The notes under the pieces are model-generated. The model was given only the letters and a program-made list of their open reading frames with translations. It was not told the origin of the DNA and made no database searches. 64,000 nt of DNA from Candidatus Hydrogenedentota bacterium (GTDB lineage Bacteria; Hydrogenedentota; Hydrogenedentia; Hydrogenedentales; JAEUWI01), in assembly GCA_034669905.1 (NCBI GenBank), contig JAXMOL010000035.1, positions 19,792 through 83,791 of the forward strand, given 5' to 3'. A program made the position numbers and the translations under genes. Below are positions 60,292-64,000 of this stretch, piece by piece (the first letter of the stretch is position 1; each line of letters begins with the position of its first letter).

Positions 60292-61785
60292 CTACGCTGA
60301 TTTTCCGCGGGGCGCGTGCGCCGTAAACTGACGCATGCCCCAGGCGGTGGTGAACACCACGAGTATAGCACCTGCGCCCAGTTGGTAGACAGTGCCTGCA
60401 TCGGCCAGGCCCGCACGCAACAGCAGGGAAAGGCCCGTCGTGGGGAGGGTTATCAGGAGCAAGAGGCGGAGGGTCGGGCGCCCTGGGCGCAGTGTATGGA
60501 GGGGGGCCTGACCGAGGGCCTGTTGGACCGCGTGGGCGGTCGCGATGGCACCCACCACAAAGCTGAGGGCGAAGGCGAGACTGATGCCGGGCAGGCCGAG
60601 CCACGGGGTTATCAGGGGGGCCATGATGGTGAAGGTGACAAGGCGCAGGGTGACCGTGCCGAGGTATCGGGTGTGTTGTCCGAGGGCAAAGAGCACGCGA
60701 CACCCCAGGGCCTCCAATACCCAGGCGGGAATGGCCAGGCCATGGCCCAGCAAGAGGGCGGCCGTCTTGTCGGCATCGATGGCATCAAAGTGCCCCCGCG
60801 TGAGGAGGGTGTCCACGAGCGCGGCCCGAAAAACGAGTATCCAGATGGCGGTCGGCAGGGCCAGAAGGCAGAGGGCCAGTGCCGCACGGTGAAACATGTG
60901 CTGGAGCTCGTCCAGCTTCCGGCGGGAGGCCAGTTGGGCGGCGAAGGGGAAGAGGGTGCTGAAGAGAATCAGGTCCAGGACACCGACCGGAATCTGGGCG
61001 ATGGCATAACTGTAGTTGACCTGGGAAAGGGCGCCGCTCTCGTAGAAGGAAGCGAGAATTACGATGAAAACGACCTGGGCCTGTTGAACACCGTTGAGCA
61101 AGAGGAGGGGCGTCATGAGGCGACCGAGGTAGCGGCCCGGGAGCTCCGCCAGGGGCGCACGGGGGGATAGCTTAAGCGCCGCCCGGCCGAGAACGCCTTG
61201 GATGAGGAGGAGTACGACGAAGGCGGCGGGCAGGGCAATGGCCACGGGGGTAATGCCCATGTGTTCCGGTGCCCAGAGCAGGGTTGCCAGCAGGATGCCA
61301 CTTACCACGAAGCCGTCCAGGGAGGCGGCTACGTAGCGGGACTGGCAGGCGTTCCAGGCCTTAAGGCAGGAGGCGGGCACGGCGTAGAGTATGGTCCAGG
61401 CGGTTATGATCTGGAGCTGAATGGCGATAGATTGGGTTTGGGCGTCGGCACCCCGGGCAAGGAGCGCGACGACGTGGGCGGCACCGAAGTAGAGCCCGGC
61501 CGAAAGGGTGGCGGCACCCAGGAAGAAGAGGAGTAGCAGGGTGCGAAAGAGGGCGTCGTTTTTTTCCGGGCGGCGCAACAGGGGGACCAGGGTGTTGTAG
61601 ATGACGCTGTCGAGAATGAGGTAAACGGCGAGGGGGACCGTTTTCGCCAGCAGATAGGCGTCGGTGACCTGACCCGCACCGAATCGATAGGCCAGGAGAA
61701 TGCCAGCGGCGGCGGCCATCACCTTGCTGGCGACGCCGATGATACCTACCCACATCATGGGGCGCAGGAGGGACTTCAGTGGCAT
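60292..61785 (-). CDS. MurJ/MviN-like (MOP) lipid-linked glycan flippase
   Basis: LAYRFGAGQVTDAYLLA, QVNYSYAIAQIPVG, STLFP, RGHFDA.D..TA, GISLAFALS. Confidence 0.85.
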   Translation of the reverse strand: MPLKSLLRPMMWVGIIGVASKVMAAAAGILLAYRFGAGQVTDAYLLAKTVPLAVYLILDSVIYNTLVPLLRRPEKNDALFRTLLLLFFLGAATLSAGLYFGAAHVVALLARGADAQTQSIAIQLQIITAWTILYAVPASCLKAWNACQSRYVAASLDGFVVSGILLATLLWAPEHMGITPVAIALPAAFVVLLLIQGVLGRAALKLSPRAPLAELPGRYLGRLMTPLLLLNGVQQAQVVFIVILASFYESGALSQVNYSYAIAQIPVGVLDLILFSTLFPFAAQLASRRKLDELQHMFHRAALALCLLALPTAIWILVFRAALVDTLLTRGHFDAIDADKTAALLLGHGLAIPAWVLEALGCRVLFALGQHTRYLGTVTLRLVTFTIMAPLITPWLGLPGISLAFALSFVVGAIATAHAVQQALGQAPLHTLRPGRPTLRLLLLITLPTTGLSLLLRAGLADAGTVYQLGAGAILVVFTTAWGMRQFTAHAPRGKSA

Positions 61786-63155
61786 TCCGTTGTTTCCTTA
61801 TGGGGGGCGAGTACAACACCACAGAGCCAGAACAGGGGTCCTCCGGTCAGGGTAACGATGAAGGTGCCGGTAGCCAACCCGTGCACCGCCATGGCGACAC
61901 ACCCGGCAAGGGCGCCGGTGGCGAGGGGGTTGTGGGGGCCGCGGGCATGGTGGAGTGCACGGAGGAGCAGGAGGAGAAATGCGAGGAAGAGCACCAGTCC
62001 GATGAGGCCGGATTCCGCGAGGGTCATGAGGTAGTAGTTGTCGTAGTAGGAGCGATGACGGGCGCCCGCGCCGAGACCGAGCAGGGGGTAGTCGGTTACG
62101 GTGCTGAGGGCGCTCTTCCAGGCGACCAGGCGATCATACATGGAGCTGCCCGGCGCGCTGAAGCGATACCACGCGGACGTGGGAAGGGCGATGAGTCCGA
62201 CCACCGCCAGGGGCGGGGTCCACCAGCGCAAGGGCGGGCAATAGAGGAGGGCCAACATGCCGACACCGGCGAGCCAGGCCATCAGGCCCGAGCGCGACAG
62301 GGTAGGCAGGAGGGCCAGGGTGGCCACCAGGGCCAGTGCAATTCCCAGGAAGCGATAACGGGCCTGGGTGGCCAGGGCGAGCCCGGTGGTGGTGGCCAGC
62401 GCCAGGAGGCCCGCCGCGTGGTTCGCCTGCCCCGGGAAGAGGCCCCGTTCAAAGGTGCGGTAGCGCACGCCAGGCACTTCGTAGTACGGCCAGAGGGATT
62501 CGGCGAGGCCATAGGCGGCGAAGGCAATAAGGGGAAGGGTCCACGCATAGATGGCCCGGTTTCCGAGGCGGGGTGCGAGGCTGTAGGCGGCAACAAAGAG
62601 GGCATACCAGGTGAGCCACTGGGCGAGATACAGGAAGGCCGATGCAGGCGTCTGGAGGGTGCCCTGGGCCGTTCCTGCGATGATACTGAGGGGCAGGGCC
62701 GCTAGGGCCAGCAGCAGGGCCGTGTGGGCCGGTGGGCTGCGAAACCCGGTTTTCCGGTCGAAGGCCAGCGCACACACCATACCCGCAATCGCGGCCTGAT
62801 CAAGACGGAGGAAGAGGAGCTCGTCTCCGAGGGTCATCAGGGGGAGTCGGGGCGCACCCAGGAGAAGGGCCGGTGTCAGGCCCAGGGCGACGGCCGGGAA
62901 GTGGCACGCCAGGGTAAAGACAGCGAGCAAGGCGGCGGGTGCCAGGTGCCCCGTGGATAGACCCACCAGGAAGCCCACGAGGCTGAGGGCAGTAAGCCCA
63001 CCCAGGGCGTGGGGGAGCCGACGCAGCCCCTGGAGTACACGGGCGTGTTCGAGGCTCGGCGTGGGGGAGGGGGCGTGTTGAAAAAAATGGGCCACGGCCG
63101 AGTTGCGCACCCATGTTGCCCCGTAGCCCTTTGGGTTGCCTCCCGGAAAGCTCAT
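61776..63155 (-). CDS. O-antigen ligase / Wzy-like polymerase family membrane protein
   Basis: Multi-TM; FPGQANH, TLSRSG, S..DRL..W, PLLGLG.G, DNYYL..LAESGLIG. Confidence 0.85.
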   Translation of the reverse strand: MSFPGGNPKGYGATWVRNSAVAHFFQHAPSPTPSLEHARVLQGLRRLPHALGGLTALSLVGFLVGLSTGHLAPAALLAVFTLACHFPAVALGLTPALLLGAPRLPLMTLGDELLFLRLDQAAIAGMVCALAFDRKTGFRSPPAHTALLLALAALPLSIIAGTAQGTLQTPASAFLYLAQWLTWYALFVAAYSLAPRLGNRAIYAWTLPLIAFAAYGLAESLWPYYEVPGVRYRTFERGLFPGQANHAAGLLALATTTGLALATQARYRFLGIALALVATLALLPTLSRSGLMAWLAGVGMLALLYCPPLRWWTPPLAVVGLIALPTSAWYRFSAPGSSMYDRLVAWKSALSTVTDYPLLGLGAGARHRSYYDNYYLMTLAESGLIGLVLFLAFLLLLLRALHHARGPHNPLATGALAGCVAMAVHGLATGTFIVTLTGGPLFWLCGVVLAPHKETTECH

Positions 63156-63607
63156 GGAAGGACTTCCGGTGTCACGCGGCGCACGACGCCTTCGAGAATC
63201 AGGGCATCGGTGTCGATTTGGAGGGGGCGACCGGGCAGGAGCGGCGCCCCTTCGAAGAGAATGCGGTCGGCTCCATCGCGCACGGCGAAGATCTGAAGGG
63301 AGACCATGGGCAGGCCGTCTTCGAGGTGACAGCCCTTCACGATCGCCCGTGCCTCTCCAGAACGGGGGTCCGTTTCCTGGAGTCCCGCAGTCGCCGCTTC
63401 GCAGAGCCAGGCTGATTCCCGGGGGAGTTGGAGATCGACGGCGACGGTGACCTGCCGTGTTTCCAGCGCATAGGGGGGAGCGACGCGGTAGTCCACGGTG
63501 AGGCGTTGATAGGCCAGCACCACGACGGCCAGTACGACGAGGACGAGGAAGCCATCAAAGAGGTTCAGTTTGCCGAAGAGGCGTCCGTTTGCATCGAGAA
63601 GGGGCAT
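63152..63607 (-). CDS. DUF4330-like protein
   Basis: N-terminus LLDANGRLFGKLNLFD plus TM, typical of DUF4330. Confidence 0.75.
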   Translation of the reverse strand: MPLLDANGRLFGKLNLFDGFLVLVVLAVVVLAYQRLTVDYRVAPPYALETRQVTVAVDLQLPRESAWLCEAATAGLQETDPRSGEARAIVKGCHLEDGLPMVSLQIFAVRDGADRILFEGAPLLPGRPLQIDTDALILEGVVRRVTPEVLP

Positions 63608-63754
63608 GGTGGCCTTTCACAGGGTCGGTTTCCGTGAGGGTAACGTAGCACATTGACGGGATTTTTCACCAAGATGCCGGTGACGGGTCGGGCGGGCTTT
63701 CCGACTGCGGTACACCAACAAGAGCGCCTGGGAGTGCCATAGACAGGCCCGGTA

Positions 63755-64000
63755 GGGTTTGCCCGTGCAGGGACCGCAGTAGCCAATCACCGCTACAAGA
63801 GAAACCGACGGGTGCCTTATGAACGTCACACCACGTTAAGACGATTCTCAACCCGTGGGCAAGCCACACCCACAAAGGCGGTCGCGGAGCTCCCGTCTTT
63901 GAGGGTGGCACCCTCGGGGTATTCTTTTATGGGTGAAGAGTTTCCGGGGAGACGCAGGGGGTGCTACAGCCTGCTCGGGTTTGCCCGTGCAGGGACCGCA
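63755..64000. repeat. 24-bp exact direct repeats (63755-63778, 63977-64000) enclosing the 48-bp repeat at 63867-63914
   Basis: GGGTTTGCCCGTGCAGGGACCGCA twice, 222 bp apart; truncated by the window end. Confidence 0.85.

Noticed and set aside
63755..64000. Possible CRISPR array
   Set aside because: Only two repeats with a 198-bp spacer, and no cas genes

Overview
64 kb of GC-rich bacterial chromosome from a flagellated organism with an outer membrane (MCE system, PagL-like barrel, SurA-like PPIase). The gene content resembles Candidatus Hydrogenedentota, but that is an unverified impression. Left to right: (1) divergent flgK/flgM, each with a sigma28-type promoter; (2) an accessory block with a metallophosphoesterase/PQQ-propeller protein, Tat Gfo/Idh/MocA oxidoreductase, Ntn acylase, rhodanese and a Kelch-SSS fusion; (3) DEAD helicase, mreBCD-mrdA-rodA-rng and an HD-GYP protein; (4) a stand-alone rpoBC with no flanking ribosomal protein genes, and substitutions at two rifampicin-pocket positions; (5) surA-like, eno-ftsB-phoH-7TM/HD-ybeY, two CNNM/CorB genes (the first with four N-terminal EF-hands), DUF502 and OppA; (6) a co-oriented locus of FHA-GAF-PP2C, RsbW-like kinase, STAS, MlaE, MlaF, MCE, PqiC-like, a possible LURP/tubby-like protein and a PagL-like protein; (7) ftsK-rodZ-like-pgsA-alr-NYN; (8) a convergent DUF4330 / O-antigen ligase / MurJ-like operon. 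The best candidate for an undescribed system is (6): a partner-switching phosphorylation module with no sigma factor, placed directly on an MCE lipid transporter. Second is the EF-hand-CNNM fusion. Intergenic regions carry several REP/REPIN/MITE-like repeat families. I saw no tRNA, rRNA, CRISPR array or transposase. All calls are by-eye motif recognition; no searches were run.
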